From NCBI GenBank assembly GCA_043821445.1, contig JBDRCT010000013.1, positions 6,270-70,269 of the forward strand: a stretch of 64,000 nt of DNA, written 5' to 3'. Numbering within the stretch: the stretch's first letter is position 1; each line of letters begins with the position of its first letter. Under the pieces are notes generated by a model that saw only the letters and a program-made list of their open reading frames with translations, made no database searches and was not told where the DNA came from. Position numbers and translations under genes: made by a program. The DNA comes from Candidatus Omnitrophota bacterium. Its GTDB lineage: Bacteria; Omnitrophota; Omnitrophia; Omnitrophales; Aquincolibacteriaceae. This document shows positions 1-9,599 of this stretch, piece by piece.

Positions 1-1874
1 ATCACGAGACTGTAGCGAAGGGCGTCGGCCCCCATCTCTTCGATCACTTCAAGCGGGTCGATGGAATTCCCGAGCGATTTCGACATCTTGAGCCCGGTGA
101 CCGCGCGAACCGTGCCGTGAATATGGATCTGGGTGAACGGGACCTCCCCCATGAATTCAAGGCCCGCCATGATCATGCGCGCCACCCAGAAGAAAATGAT
201 CTCCGGAGCGGTCACAAGGTCCGAGGTCGGGTAGAACCTCTTCAGGTCTTCTGTTTGATCGGGCCAGCCCAAGGTCGAGAACGGCCAAAGCCAGCTGGAA
301 AACCAGGTGTCGAGGACGTCTGGATCTGGCACAAATAATTCAGGTGATGAGTGACCATTTGGACATTTTGTTGGATGTTCTTCTCGTGAAATAAAAGGAA
401 TCGCATTTCCTAAATCAATTCTATCTTTTACTTCAAGATGCGCCCTAGGAATTGTTTTATTAGGCGCTAACTTACCACCCTTAGGATCTGCGTGCGCCTG
501 TATATCAGGATAACATTCACCGCAATACCATGCCGGAATCCTATGCCCCCACCAGATCTGGCGCGAGATGCACCAGTCGCGGATACCGCCGAGCCAGTTC
601 AGATAAACTTTGGTCCAGCGGTCCGGATAGAAAACCGTTCTTCCCTGCTCGTGCGCCTTAAGGGCCTTCGCGGCCAGGGGCTGCATTTTCACGAACCATT
701 GTTTGGAGAGATAAGGTTCGACCACGGTGTCACACCGGTAGCAATGTCCGACCGCATACAGATGCGAATCGCGCCGGACGAAAAGCCCCTGGTTTTCCAG
801 GTCCTTCAGGATTTTTTTGCGCGCCTCAAAGCGGTCGAGCCCCTTGTAGGCGCCTCCGTATTTATTGATCTTGCCGTCCGGCGTCATGACATTGATCTGC
901 TCAAGCTTATGACGGTGCCCCATCGCGAAGTCGTTGGGGTCATGCGCGGGCGTGACCTTCACGATCCCGGTCCCGAACTCAGGGTCCACGAATTCATCCG
1001 CGATCACCGGGATCCCGCGGTCCATGAGCGGCAGGATGACCTTCTTGCCGATCAAGTGCTTGTAACGCGGATCGTCCGGATGCACCGCGACCGCCGTATC
1101 GCCTAGCAGGGTCTCGGGCCGTGTGGTCGCGACCACGATATGGTCTTCCCCCATCTTTTCGTAGGGACTGCTCTTCCCCGCGATGGGATACTTGATGTGG
1201 TACAGTCCGCCCTGCACGTCCTTGTGGGCGGCTTCTTCGTCCGAGAGCGCGGTCTGGCAGCGCGGGCACCAGTTGATGATGTAGTTGCCGCGGTAGATCA
1301 GCCCGCGCTCATAGAGCGTAACGAACGCTTCACGCACCGCCTTGGAAAGCCCTTCGTCCATGGTGAACCGTTCGCGTGTCCAGTCACAGGAAGCTCCGAG
1401 CCGGCGGAGCTGGCGCGTGATGGTCGACCCGTGTTCGTTCTTCCATTTCCACACTTCTTTTAAAAAAGCCTCACGACCGACGTCCCACCGGGTTTTCTTT
1501 TCCTTGGCCAGTTTCTTCTCGACCACATTCTGTGTTGCGATCCCCGCGTGGTCCACACCCGGCACCCAGAGCGTATCCCGGCCTTTCATGCGGTTCCAAC
1601 GGACGAGAACATCCTGGATAGAATTATTGAGCGCATGGCCCATGTGAAGGATGCCCGTTACGTTCGGCGGCGGGATCACGATGACGTACGGAAGAACCCC
1701 AGACTGCGGACTGCAGACGGCAGACTTTTCTTTTGTTTTTGCTGTGGTCTGTGGTCTGTGGTCTGTAGTCTGAGCGGCTCCGTCGCTCTGCGGACGGAAA
1801 TAGCCCTTCGATTCCCAGAGGGAATACCACTTGGTTTCGACTTGCTTGGAATTGTATTGCTTGTCTAGTTTCAT
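1..1874 (-). CDS. valS: Valyl-tRNA synthetase (3' part runs off the window start)
   Basis: Not in ORF track; translated by hand from ATG at 1874: [17 protein letters not shown]...[15 protein letters not shown] (HIGH motif), [23 protein letters not shown] at ~75-89, same frame at both ends. Confidence 0.97.
   Translation of the reverse strand, partial: MKLDKQYNSKQVETKWYSLWESKGYFRPQSDGAAQTTDHRPQTTAKTKEKSAVCSPQSGVLPYVIVIPPPNVTGILHMGHALNNSIQDVLVRWNRMKGRDTLWVPGVDHAGIATQNVVEKKLAKEKKTRWDVGREAFLKEVWKWKNEHGSTITRQLRRLGASCDWTRERFTMDEGLSKAVREAFVTLYERGLIYRGNYIINWCPRCQTALSDEEAAHKDVQGGLYHIKYPIAGKSSPYEKMGEDHIVVATTRPETLLGDTAVAVHPDDPRYKHLIGKKVILPLMDRGIPVIADEFVDPEFGTGIVKVTPAHDPNDFAMGHRHKLEQINVMTPDGKINKYGGAYKGLDRFEARKKILKDLENQGLFVRRDSHLYAVGHCYRCDTVVEPYLSKQWFVKMQPLAAKALKAHEQGRTVFYPDRWTKVYLNWLGGIRDWCISRQIWWGHRIPAWYCGECYPDIQAHADPKGGKLAPNKTIPRAHLEVKDRIDLGNAIPFISREEHPTKCPNGHSSPELFVPDPDVLDTWFSSWLWPFSTLGWPDQTEDLKRFYPTSDLVTAPEIIFFWVARMIMAGLEFMGEVPFTQIHIHGTVRAVTGLKMSKSLGNSIDPLEVIEEMGADALRYSLV
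1700..1772. repeat. 7-bp periodic inverted repeat inserted in frame in the valS N-terminus
   Basis: cagactg-cggactg-cagacgg-cagact ... ctgtggt-ctgtggt-ctgtggt-ctgtagt-ctg; encodes [25 protein letters not shown] just before the PPPNVTG motif. Confidence 0.85.
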
Positions 1875-1882
1875 ATTTTTTA

Positions 1883-1958
1883 GCGCAATGCGCGAAGCAC
1901 AACGCGCAACGTAAAAACCTGGCCTTTCCGTTGAGCGTTGCGCGTAGAACGTTGCGCG
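1883..1958. repeat. Intergenic 7-bp periodic inverted repeat (CGCGCAA/TTGCGCG family)
   Basis: gcgcaa-tgcgcgaa-gcacaa-cgcgcaa-cg ... cgttgag-cgttgcg-cgtagaa-cgttgcg between cimA and valS. Confidence 0.85.
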
Positions 1959-1961
1959 AGA

Positions 1962-3533
1962 TCAGCCTTTGTGCAGTTTATATTCGATGGCTTCCACGAG
2001 GGCTTTCCAGCTGGCTTCGATGATGTTCTCATGAACGCCCACCGTGGTCCAGGTCCTGTTCTTGTCCTGGAATTCGATGAAGACGCGCACCTTGGCGGCG
2101 GTCCCGGCCTCGGAGTTGACGACGCGCACTTTATAATCCGTCAGGTGGATCTCGGAGATCGACGGGAACGAACGGCCGAGCGCTTTGCGGAGCGCGGAAT
2201 CAAGCGCGTTCACCGGACCGTCCCCTTCGGCGGATTCAAAATGCTCCTCCCCCCCGGCCATAATTTTGACGTCCGCGATGGAACGAGGGATCCCTTTGCC
2301 GATATTTTCGGTGCGGACCGAGATGTCCTCGACTTTAAAGAACGGTTTGAATTTTCCGAGAAGTCTTTGCACCAGAAGCTCGAAGCTCGCCTCCGCGGCC
2401 TCGAATTGGTAGCCCTCGTGCTCGAGGCGCTGGATCTCGGTCAAGATCTTCTGCGTCTCGGGCGAGTCCTTCCGAAAATGCATCTCGAGTTCCCGGGCCT
2501 TGATCATGATATTGGTCTTCCCGCCAAGCTCGGAGACGAGATAGCGGCGATAATTGCCGAGGGCCTTGGGTTCCACATGCTCGTAGGTTTTGGCGTTTTT
2601 TATCATCGCATTGATGTGCACGCCGCCTTTATGCGCGAACGCGGAACGGCCCGTGAACGGCTGGTGGTTCACGAGCGGCATATTGCAGACCTCGGCCACG
2701 TAGTGCGAGAGCTGGGTCCATTCCTTCATCTTCTTCGCCGGAAAGCAGGGGGTTTTCATTTTGAACTGCAGGTCCGGGATGATGCTTATGAGATTCGCGT
2801 TCCCGCAGCGTTCCCCGTAGCCGTTGATCGTTCCCTGCACCAGGACGCATCCTTCGCCCACCGCCTGGATGGAATTTGCGACCGCGAGTTCGGAATCATT
2901 GTGGCAATGGATGCCGAGCGGCGCTTTCACGGAGCGCTTCACTTTAAGGATCGCGTGACGGATCTCGTGCGGCAAGCTCCCGCCGTTGGTGTCACAAAGC
3001 GTGAGATTGTCGGCCCCCGCCGCCGCGGCCCTTTGGAGTGCTTTGAGCGCATAGTCGGGGTTCGCTTTAAAACCGTCGAAAAAATGTTCCGCGTCAAAGA
3101 TCACTTCGAGCTTCCGGTCCTTGAGATAAGCGACCGTCTCGTAGATCATCAGAAGATTTTCTTTGAGCGTGGTCTTAAAGACTTCCGACACGTGGAAATC
3201 CCAGGATTTCCCGAACACCGTCACCACCCGGGTGCCGGCCCCGATCAAAGCCTTCACATTGGAGTCGTCCTTGACCTTGGTGTGGGCGCGCCGCGTGGAG
3301 CCGAAGGCCGTGATCTTGGAACGCTGGATCCCGGCTTTCTTGACCATCGTGAAGAATTCCATGTCCTTGGGGTTCGAGCCCGGCCACCCGCCTTTGATGT
3401 AATGAATGCCGAACTTATCAAGCCGTTTCGCGATCAGGACCTTGTCGTGCGAAGACAGACTGATCCCTTCCGCTTGGGAGCCATCCCTTAAAGTCGTATC
3501 GTAAAATAGTATTTTTTTCTTTTTGGTCTTCAT
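1962..3533 (-). CDS. cimA: Citramalate synthase (LeuA/CimA family, DRE-TIM)
   Basis: YDTTLRDGSQAEG, FDAEHFFDG, LCDTNGG, HCHND, GERCGNANL, AHKGGVH, GDGPVNALD regulatory domain. Confidence 0.92.
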   Translation of the reverse strand: MKTKKKKILFYDTTLRDGSQAEGISLSSHDKVLIAKRLDKFGIHYIKGGWPGSNPKDMEFFTMVKKAGIQRSKITAFGSTRRAHTKVKDDSNVKALIGAGTRVVTVFGKSWDFHVSEVFKTTLKENLLMIYETVAYLKDRKLEVIFDAEHFFDGFKANPDYALKALQRAAAAGADNLTLCDTNGGSLPHEIRHAILKVKRSVKAPLGIHCHNDSELAVANSIQAVGEGCVLVQGTINGYGERCGNANLISIIPDLQFKMKTPCFPAKKMKEWTQLSHYVAEVCNMPLVNHQPFTGRSAFAHKGGVHINAMIKNAKTYEHVEPKALGNYRRYLVSELGGKTNIMIKARELEMHFRKDSPETQKILTEIQRLEHEGYQFEAAEASFELLVQRLLGKFKPFFKVEDISVRTENIGKGIPRSIADVKIMAGGEEHFESAEGDGPVNALDSALRKALGRSFPSISEIHLTDYKVRVVNSEAGTAAKVRVFIEFQDKNRTWTTVGVHENIIEASWKALVEAIEYKLHKG

Positions 3534-3547
3534 GATGAACTACCCGA

Positions 3548-3628
3548 GTATCAAAGCATCAGGGTGTCAAGGTGTCAAAATTTTAAAGTTTTAGCGTTTT
3601 GATACATTGATACTCTGATACCCTGATA
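3548..3628. repeat. Intergenic 8-bp periodic inverted repeat (GTGTCAAA/TTTGATAC family)
   Basis: gtatcaaa-gcatcagg-gtgtcaag-gtgtcaaa ... tttgatac-attgatac-tctgatac-cctgatac between lysC and cimA. Confidence 0.85.
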
Positions 3629-4846
3629 CTATTTTTTGCCGAGTCCGAACGCCTGGTGAATGACGCGGGCGGCAAGCCTGCCTTTATCGCCGGCCACCAC
3701 GACTGAGATCTTGATCTCGGAAGTGGAGATCATATCGATATTGATCTTGTTCTTGGCCAGGGTCGAGAACATCTTCGACGCGATGCCGGAATGGGACCGC
3801 ATGCCGATCCCGACCACGCTCACCTTCGCGATATGTTCGTCGCAGGTGACGTTCGTGGCGCCGACCTTCTTCATGGCCGCTTTCACGACCTTCATGGCCT
3901 TCACAAGTTCGTTCTTAAAAACGGTAAAAGAAATGTCCGTGGAATTCGTCTGCGTTTTGTTCTGGATGATCATATCCACGTTCACATTCGCGTCCGCCAG
4001 GGTCTGAAAGACCTTGGCCGCCACGCCCGGACGGTCCGAGACGCGGAACAGGGTGATCTTGGCTTCATCTTCGGCGAGTGCGACGCCGCTTACAACGACT
4101 TCTTCCATGGCTTTATTCTCCTTCGTGATAAGAGTTCCTTTGTGGTCGTTCTGGGAATTACAGACCCAGATCGGCATGTTGAATTTCTTTCCGACTTCGA
4201 TCGAACGTGAATGCATCACTTTTGCGCCGAGTGACGCGAGCTCCAGGATCTCGTCATAAGTGACCCGGTCCATCTTTTGCGCTTCCGGGATCACGCGCGG
4301 GTCCGCGGTGAAGATCCCGTCCACGTCCGTGTAGATCTCACAATGCTTTGCCCTGAGCGCCACCGCGAGCGCCACGGCCGTGAGGTCCGAACCGCCGCGA
4401 CCGAGCGTCGTGATCTCGCCTGAGGACGTTTGGCCCTGGAACCCGGCGACGATCACGATCTTGCCGGCGGACAGGGCTTTCTTGATGCGGTCCGCGCTGA
4501 TGTTCTGGATGCGGGCTTTGCTGTGGAATTCATCCGTGATGATCCCCACCTGCGAACCCGTGAAAGAAACCGCTTCGTGGCCTAATGTATGGACCGCCAT
4601 CGCCAAAAGCGCGATCGAGACCTGCTCCCCGGTCGAAAGAAGCATATCCATTTCACGCTCCTGGGGATCTTTATTGATCTGGTCTGCGAGCGCGATCAGG
4701 TCATCGGTCATATCCCCCATCGCGGAAACGACCACGACGACCTTGTGTCCCGCCTGTTTTGTCTTGATCACGCGTTGCGCGACACGCAGGATCTTTTCCG
4801 CATTCGCGACCGAAGAACCTCCGTATTTCTGTACGACTAATGACAT
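3629..4846 (-). CDS. lysC: Aspartate kinase
   Basis: Likely start MSLVVQKYGGSSV (ATG 4846); TTLGRGGSDLTA, YTDVDG, two ACT domains ending STSEIKIS. Confidence 0.96.
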   Translation of the reverse strand: MSLVVQKYGGSSVANAEKILRVAQRVIKTKQAGHKVVVVVSAMGDMTDDLIALADQINKDPQEREMDMLLSTGEQVSIALLAMAVHTLGHEAVSFTGSQVGIITDEFHSKARIQNISADRIKKALSAGKIVIVAGFQGQTSSGEITTLGRGGSDLTAVALAVALRAKHCEIYTDVDGIFTADPRVIPEAQKMDRVTYDEILELASLGAKVMHSRSIEVGKKFNMPIWVCNSQNDHKGTLITKENKAMEEVVVSGVALAEDEAKITLFRVSDRPGVAAKVFQTLADANVNVDMIIQNKTQTNSTDISFTVFKNELVKAMKVVKAAMKKVGATNVTCDEHIAKVSVVGIGMRSHSGIASKMFSTLAKNKINIDMISTSEIKISVVVAGDKGRLAARVIHQAFGLGKK

Positions 4847-4888
4847 ATTCTTTCCTTTGTTTCGTTGAGTTAGAAAGTTCAATAAAAA

Positions 4889-4965
4889 GCGCAACGCTCA
4901 ACGGGCAACGCACAACGTTAAAACCTGAAAAAATTCGTTGCGCTTTGCGCGTAATACGTTGCGCT
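4889..4965. repeat. Intergenic 7-bp periodic inverted repeat (CGCGCAA family)
   Basis: gcgcaacg-ctcaacg-ggcaacg-cacaacg ... cgttgcg-ctttgcg-cgtaata-cgttgcg. Confidence 0.85.
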
Positions 4966-4986
4966 CGTAAAGGACGCATTTCTCCT

Positions 4987-6192
4987 TTACGAAGCTTTTG
5001 TCATGAAAAAAGGCATCAGCTCCGTGGTTTTGTTGAATTTCACTTCTGAAGTCTTGGCCGCGATCTCCGAGAACCGCTCGATCTCGCCGGGCATGATATT
5101 CTTGCCGCTCATGGCGAACGGAACGCTGTCGCGGACGATCTCTTTCATTTTCCAAAGGGTCGCATGCCCCGGCGTGACCAGAAGGCGCGAATCCTTGGAG
5201 CGCTCAAGATATTTGCGGATCTTCGAGAGAACAAAAAAATCGATCCCCTCGATCGCCGAGACCTTCCCCTTCACATCCCCGGCCCGCGACGCTTCCTCGG
5301 GAGTATGAAGATGGAGGCAAACAAAATCTTTTTCTTCCATGGCCTCGATCGCCACCTTGGAGATCTTGTCATAAAAAGCCGCGGGCTCTTCGCCCCCCTC
5401 CTTGACCTCCATGACCGTGAGCCCCGCCATGCGGCCCAGGCCCCTCGCGTATTCGCGCGCGGCGACCATCGCGCCTCCGGAAACGTCAAAACATTCGCGG
5501 AAAGGTTTAAGGACCGGCTTCTTTCCCTGCCCCCAAAGCCAGATCATGTTCGCGGGATTCTCGCCGAGATCCACGCGCACCTGGTTGATCTCATGATCCT
5601 GCAAGAGAAGCCTGGCGTCATACATCAATTTCCGCATCAATTCCTCGCCCGGGCCCTTCGGCAGCACATCCTCGATCTTTTCGCCGATCACGCTTTCCGG
5701 CGGCTGGGTCTTCGCGGACAGGGCATCAAATCCGTTCGCGTCCTTGATCACCGCAAGATGCCGGTGCCCGGAACCCGAGAAGAACCGCACAAAATCGCTG
5801 GCGACCTTTTTGTTCAAAAAGTTGACAAGCGCCTTCGCCTCTTTAGTGCTAATGGCTCCGGCGGTCGGATCGGCCAACATGCCCGCTGCCTCGGTGATGA
5901 AATTCATGCAGAATGCGACTTCTTTGTCGTCGAGCGTCAATTCCTTGTCGGCAGCCTCCAGCGGCCCGCGGCCGGTATAAAGCTTCGACGCATCGTAGCC
6001 TAAAAGATTGTACAGGCTTATATCCGCGGAAAGCGACAGACGGTCGGAAACAAGCTTCGCGGTCCCTACCTTGCCGTTCCGCGCAAAAAAGGTCAGATTC
6101 GGGACCTTGGCCGCTTCCAAGGGAGTTTTTCCTCCGAGCTCTTCGGTTGGATGATCCGCAGCGCCCGCGAGAACCACAACGATAGATTTCAT
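4987..6192 (-). CDS. ApgM-like cofactor-independent phosphoglycerate mutase / proposed homoserine kinase homolog, catalytic residues degenerate
   Basis: [32 protein letters not shown] family motifs; lies between thrC and lysC and overlaps the thrC stop. Confidence 0.85.
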   Translation of the reverse strand: MKSIVVVLAGAADHPTEELGGKTPLEAAKVPNLTFFARNGKVGTAKLVSDRLSLSADISLYNLLGYDASKLYTGRGPLEAADKELTLDDKEVAFCMNFITEAAGMLADPTAGAISTKEAKALVNFLNKKVASDFVRFFSGSGHRHLAVIKDANGFDALSAKTQPPESVIGEKIEDVLPKGPGEELMRKLMYDARLLLQDHEINQVRVDLGENPANMIWLWGQGKKPVLKPFRECFDVSGGAMVAAREYARGLGRMAGLTVMEVKEGGEEPAAFYDKISKVAIEAMEEKDFVCLHLHTPEEASRAGDVKGKVSAIEGIDFFVLSKIRKYLERSKDSRLLVTPGHATLWKMKEIVRDSVPFAMSGKNIMPGEIERFSEIAAKTSEVKFNKTTELMPFFMTKAS

Positions 6193-7259
6193 CGGATAAC
6201 CTCCTTTACGGCATCGAGAGTGGATTTGACCTTAGAGATCGGATCGTCAAAACTGAGCGCAAAATCAGGGTCTTTGAGCCCCGCACCTGTCAGCGTGATC
6301 ACAATGCGGGACCCTTCTTTGAAAAATCCTTTTTTCGCAAGGTTGATCACTCCTGCGACCGGCGCAACGCTGGCCGGTTCCGCGAAAACGCCCTCGCGCT
6401 CCGCGATAAAACGGTACGCCTTCGTGATCTCCGTATCCGTCACCTTATCGATCAGGCCGCCCGATTCGTCGCGCGCGTTAACGGCACCCTGCCAGCTTGC
6501 AGGATTCCCGATACGGATGGCGGTCGCGATCGTCTCCGGTTTCTCCACCGGATGCCCCAGTACGATCGGGGCGGAACCCGCGGCTTGAAAGCCGAGCATT
6601 TTCGGTAAGGTCTCGGACTTCCCCGCTTTTTTATATTCCTTGTAGCCCTTCCAATAAGCCGTGATATTACCGGCATTCCCGACCGGGATCGCGTGATATT
6701 CCGGCGCGTCCCCGAGATCGTCGACGATCTCGAAGGCCGCTGTCTTCTGTCCTTCGATGCGGTACGGATTGATGGAATTTACAAGCGTGATCTTTCCTTC
6801 CCGGGTGATCTCTTGCACGAGCTCAAGCGCCTTGTCAAAATTCCCCTCGACCATAATCACCTTCGAGCCGTAGCGGTACGCCTGCAGGAGTTTTCCTTTG
6901 GCGATCTTCCCTTCCGGGATCAACACAAAACATTTGAGGCCGCACCGGCACGCGTAAGCCGCGGCGGAGGCGGACGTATTCCCGGTCGAGGCGCACATCA
7001 CGGCCTTCGAGCCCGCTTCGACCGCCTTCGAAATCGCCAGGGTCATCCCGCGGTCCTTGAACGAGCCCGTCGGGTTCAGGCCTTCGAATTTGTAATAGAT
7101 CCGGATATTCTTCAGACCAAGTTCCAGGGGCAAGGCCTCCGCCAGAATGAGCGGCGTGTTGCCTTCATTGAGCGAAATGATGGGAGTCTTATCCGTGACC
7201 GGAAGATACTCCTGATAACGCTCGATGATCCCGATCTTTTTGACCGCGTATTTTCCCAT
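6189..7259 (-). CDS. thrC: Threonine synthase
   Basis: [13 protein letters not shown] (PLP lysine), [28 protein letters not shown]. Confidence 0.96.
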   Translation of the reverse strand: MGKYAVKKIGIIERYQEYLPVTDKTPIISLNEGNTPLILAEALPLELGLKNIRIYYKFEGLNPTGSFKDRGMTLAISKAVEAGSKAVMCASTGNTSASAAAYACRCGLKCFVLIPEGKIAKGKLLQAYRYGSKVIMVEGNFDKALELVQEITREGKITLVNSINPYRIEGQKTAAFEIVDDLGDAPEYHAIPVGNAGNITAYWKGYKEYKKAGKSETLPKMLGFQAAGSAPIVLGHPVEKPETIATAIRIGNPASWQGAVNARDESGGLIDKVTDTEITKAYRFIAEREGVFAEPASVAPVAGVINLAKKGFFKEGSRIVITLTGAGLKDPDFALSFDDPISKVKSTLDAVKEVIR

Positions 7260-7327
7260 AAAATTCTACCTTTTACCGTTCAGTTTAAACCTTTTAGTTT
7301 TTGTCATTCCTGAAACTGAAGCAACTC

Positions 7328-7404
7328 GCATCAAAGTATCACGGTGTCAATGTATCAAGGTTTTAAAGCTTTACCCTTTGACACTTTGATGCGCTGACAC
7401 TGAC
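7328..7404. repeat. Intergenic 8-bp periodic inverted repeat (GTGTCAAA family)
   Basis: gcatcaaa-gtatcacg-gtgtcaat-gtatcaag ... tttgacac-tttgatgc-gctgacac. Confidence 0.85.
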
Positions 7405-7474
7405 CCATTTCCAACTTCCTGAATTTCTGTCCGCACAAGAAAAACATGCTGGAACCGGAATAACGCTCCGAGCC

Positions 7475-8770
7475 CTACGCCTCTTCCATACGGATGACCT
7501 GGGTCCTGCCTTTGATACAGGACATGCCGTCGATCTCGCGGACCGCGGCCCTTAGGTCTTTTTCTTGGGTATCGTGCGTCAAAAGGATGAGCGGCACCAC
7601 GCGCCCGGCGCTGCGTTCGCGCTGCATGACATCCGAGATGCTGATCTTGTGTTTCCCTAGGATCTTCGAGATGTTCGAAAGCACGCTGGGTTTGTCGATC
7701 ACATAGAACCTCAAATAATAACGCGACAGGATCGAAAAAATACTTTTCACCGGAAGGGTCTTCCCGAGCGCTCGGACCATGAACCGGTCCTCGGCGGGCC
7801 CCGCGGCCCCGGCCTTGGCGATATCCACCAGGTCCGCGATCACGGCACTTGCGGTCGGATGCGGCCCCGCCCCCCGACCGTAAAAAAGCACATCCCCCAC
7901 TTCGTCGCCGCGCATCAGGATCGCATTGAACGAACCGTTCACATTTGCGAGGATGTGCGAATTCGGCAAGAGGGTCGGCTGGACGCGCGCTTCCATACCC
8001 TTTCTCGATCGTTTGGCGATCGCGAGCAATTTGATCGTGTACCCGAATTCCTTGGCGAAGGCGATATCATCGCTTGAGATCTCGGTGATCCCTTCGCAGT
8101 AAATGTCCTTGAATTTCACTTTCCCGCCGAAAGCGAAACGGGCGAGGATCGCAAGCTTGTGGGCGGCGTCGTGCCCGCTCACGTCAAGAAAAGGGTCCGC
8201 CTCGGCGAAACCCTGCTTTTGAGCGCCGGCCAATGCCTCGGCGAAGCTCATGCCCTTGGCGGTCATCTGGGTCAGAATGTAATTCGTGGTCCCGTTGATA
8301 ATGGCATGCACCGAATCGATACGGTTCGCCGCAAGCCCTTCACGAAGTGCCTTGATGCACGGAATACCACCCCCCACGCTCGCCTCGAAACAAAGCCAGC
8401 GTTTCATCCGGTGCGCGAGTTCGAAGATCTCATCGCCGTGTTCGGCCAGAAGGGCTTTGTTGGCGGTCACCACATGCTTGCCGTTCCGGAGCGCTTCTTT
8501 GATCAACTGCCGGGCGACCGTCGTACCCCCGATCAGTTCGACCACGACATCGATGGACGGATCCCGCACGACGGCAAAAGCGTCCCGGGTCATGAGGTGT
8601 TTCGGAGGATGGACTTTTTTATTCCGCCCGGGATATTTCTCCGCGATCTTCGCGAGTTCGAAAGACACCCCCAGTTGGCGGGCGAATAAAGCCCTCTTCG
8701 CCGTAAGGATCTCATAAAGCCCGGTGCCGATCTGTCCCAACCCGAGAAGTCCGATCTTGATCTTTTTCAT
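7475..8770 (-). CDS. hom: Homoserine dehydrogenase with C-terminal ACT domain
   Basis: GLLGLGQIG, VVTANKA, FEASVGGGIP, NGTTNYIL, GRGAG..PTASAV; start MKKIKIG at 8770. Confidence 0.96.
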   Translation of the reverse strand: MKKIKIGLLGLGQIGTGLYEILTAKRALFARQLGVSFELAKIAEKYPGRNKKVHPPKHLMTRDAFAVVRDPSIDVVVELIGGTTVARQLIKEALRNGKHVVTANKALLAEHGDEIFELAHRMKRWLCFEASVGGGIPCIKALREGLAANRIDSVHAIINGTTNYILTQMTAKGMSFAEALAGAQKQGFAEADPFLDVSGHDAAHKLAILARFAFGGKVKFKDIYCEGITEISSDDIAFAKEFGYTIKLLAIAKRSRKGMEARVQPTLLPNSHILANVNGSFNAILMRGDEVGDVLFYGRGAGPHPTASAVIADLVDIAKAGAAGPAEDRFMVRALGKTLPVKSIFSILSRYYLRFYVIDKPSVLSNISKILGKHKISISDVMQRERSAGRVVPLILLTHDTQEKDLRAAVREIDGMSCIKGRTQVIRMEEA

Positions 8771-8818
8771 ATTTCCTCTCAAGTAAACGCCCTAAGTTCA
8801 GTCATGACAAAACCTTAA

Positions 8819-8935
8819 GAAAGTCGGGGTAGCCCTGATTTTCGATCCATAAAAAAATAACAAGGTGATCAGGACAACCCTGACTTCCTTGTTAATTCCC
8901 CGAACGAAAGTCAGGGTAGTATATCTCACCCTAAA
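8819..8935. repeat. Cluster of REP-like imperfect palindromes
   Basis: aaagtcggggtagccctgattt, gatcaggacaaccctgactt and aaagtcagggtag...caccct in the hom upstream region. Confidence 0.55.
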
Positions 8936-8959
8936 GTAAAAATCAAACAGCCCTTCCTC

Positions 8960-9018
8960 GCACAACGCGCAAAGCTCAACACACAACGAATCGAGCGTTG
9001 CACGTTGCGCGTTGCGCT
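8960..9018. repeat. Intergenic 7-bp periodic inverted repeat (CGCGCAA family)
   Basis: gcacaa-cgcgcaa-agctcaa-cacacaa-cg ... cgttgca-cgttgcg-cgttgcg. Confidence 0.85.
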
Positions 9019-9102
9019 TGATCTTCCTCTCCCTTTACTTTATGGTTCGTTGATGTATACTACCCTTGTTTTTGTGAAAAAATATCAACTCAGAGGCCAA
9101 AA

Positions 9103-9528
9103 ATGATGAATAAGTTCATCCCCGCTCTTGTTCTTGTCTCAGCAATCGCTGGTTTTGGTATGGCGCGGTCCGGCCAGTACGATGAAGATGCGCGCGCACA
9201 GGAAAAGATCCAGAAACAGATGGCTCAAGAGGTTTCAACGTCCGAAAAACGCCATCCCGCAAAGAATTTCGCGACGGGCGTCAAAGAGGTCACGTATGAT
9301 AACGTCCGGGACACTTTAAGCGATACGGGTGGATCCACCATGCATGAGAAACCGGTGATCGGAACCTTGGATGGAACGCAACAGGCCGGAGAGAAGGTCG
9401 TCGATAACACCATCAAGGGCGTCAAGAAGGTCGCGTCCCTCGGCTACGCGAAGGATGACAGCTACGAGATCGAACAAGCCGAAAAAGGCTCCGGTGACGC
9501 CGCCAAGATCAGACTCTTCCAGTTTTAA
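9103..9528 (+). CDS. Exported hypothetical protein
   Basis: Signal-peptide-like N-terminus (MMNKFIPALVLVSAIAGFGMA), GAGG RBS upstream, followed by a terminator. Confidence 0.75.
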   Translation: MMNKFIPALVLVSAIAGFGMARSGQYDEDARAQEKIQKQMAQEVSTSEKRHPAKNFATGVKEVTYDNVRDTLSDTGGSTMHEKPVIGTLDGTQQAGEKVVDNTIKGVKKVASLGYAKDDSYEIEQAEKGSGDAAKIRLFQF

Positions 9529-9548
9529 AAATTACGCGGCACTTCAAC

Positions 9549-9582
9549 AAAAAAGCCGGGCTAAAAAAGCCCGGCTTTTTTT
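9549..9582. terminator. Bidirectional rho-independent terminator
   Basis: aaaaaagccgggct-aaaaa-agcccggctttttt between convergent genes. Confidence 0.9.
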
Positions 9583-9599
9583 ATGTCTCGACCCGATCA

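Noticed and set aside
492-1868. Several plus-strand ORFs of 100-200 aa
   Set aside because: Antisense to valS, which the track omitted because it runs off the window.
1938-3491. 517-aa plus-strand ORF
   Set aside because: Antisense shadow of cimA with no recognisable motifs; typical of GC-rich codon bias.
8790-8960. Lysine/threonine riboswitch, T-box or leader peptide upstream of hom
   Set aside because: No recognisable aptamer, T-box motif or Thr-rich leader; the structure is explained by REP-like palindromes.
1883-9018. Short repeats as a CRISPR array
   Set aside because: No regularly spaced 25-45 bp direct repeats with unique spacers, and no cas genes.
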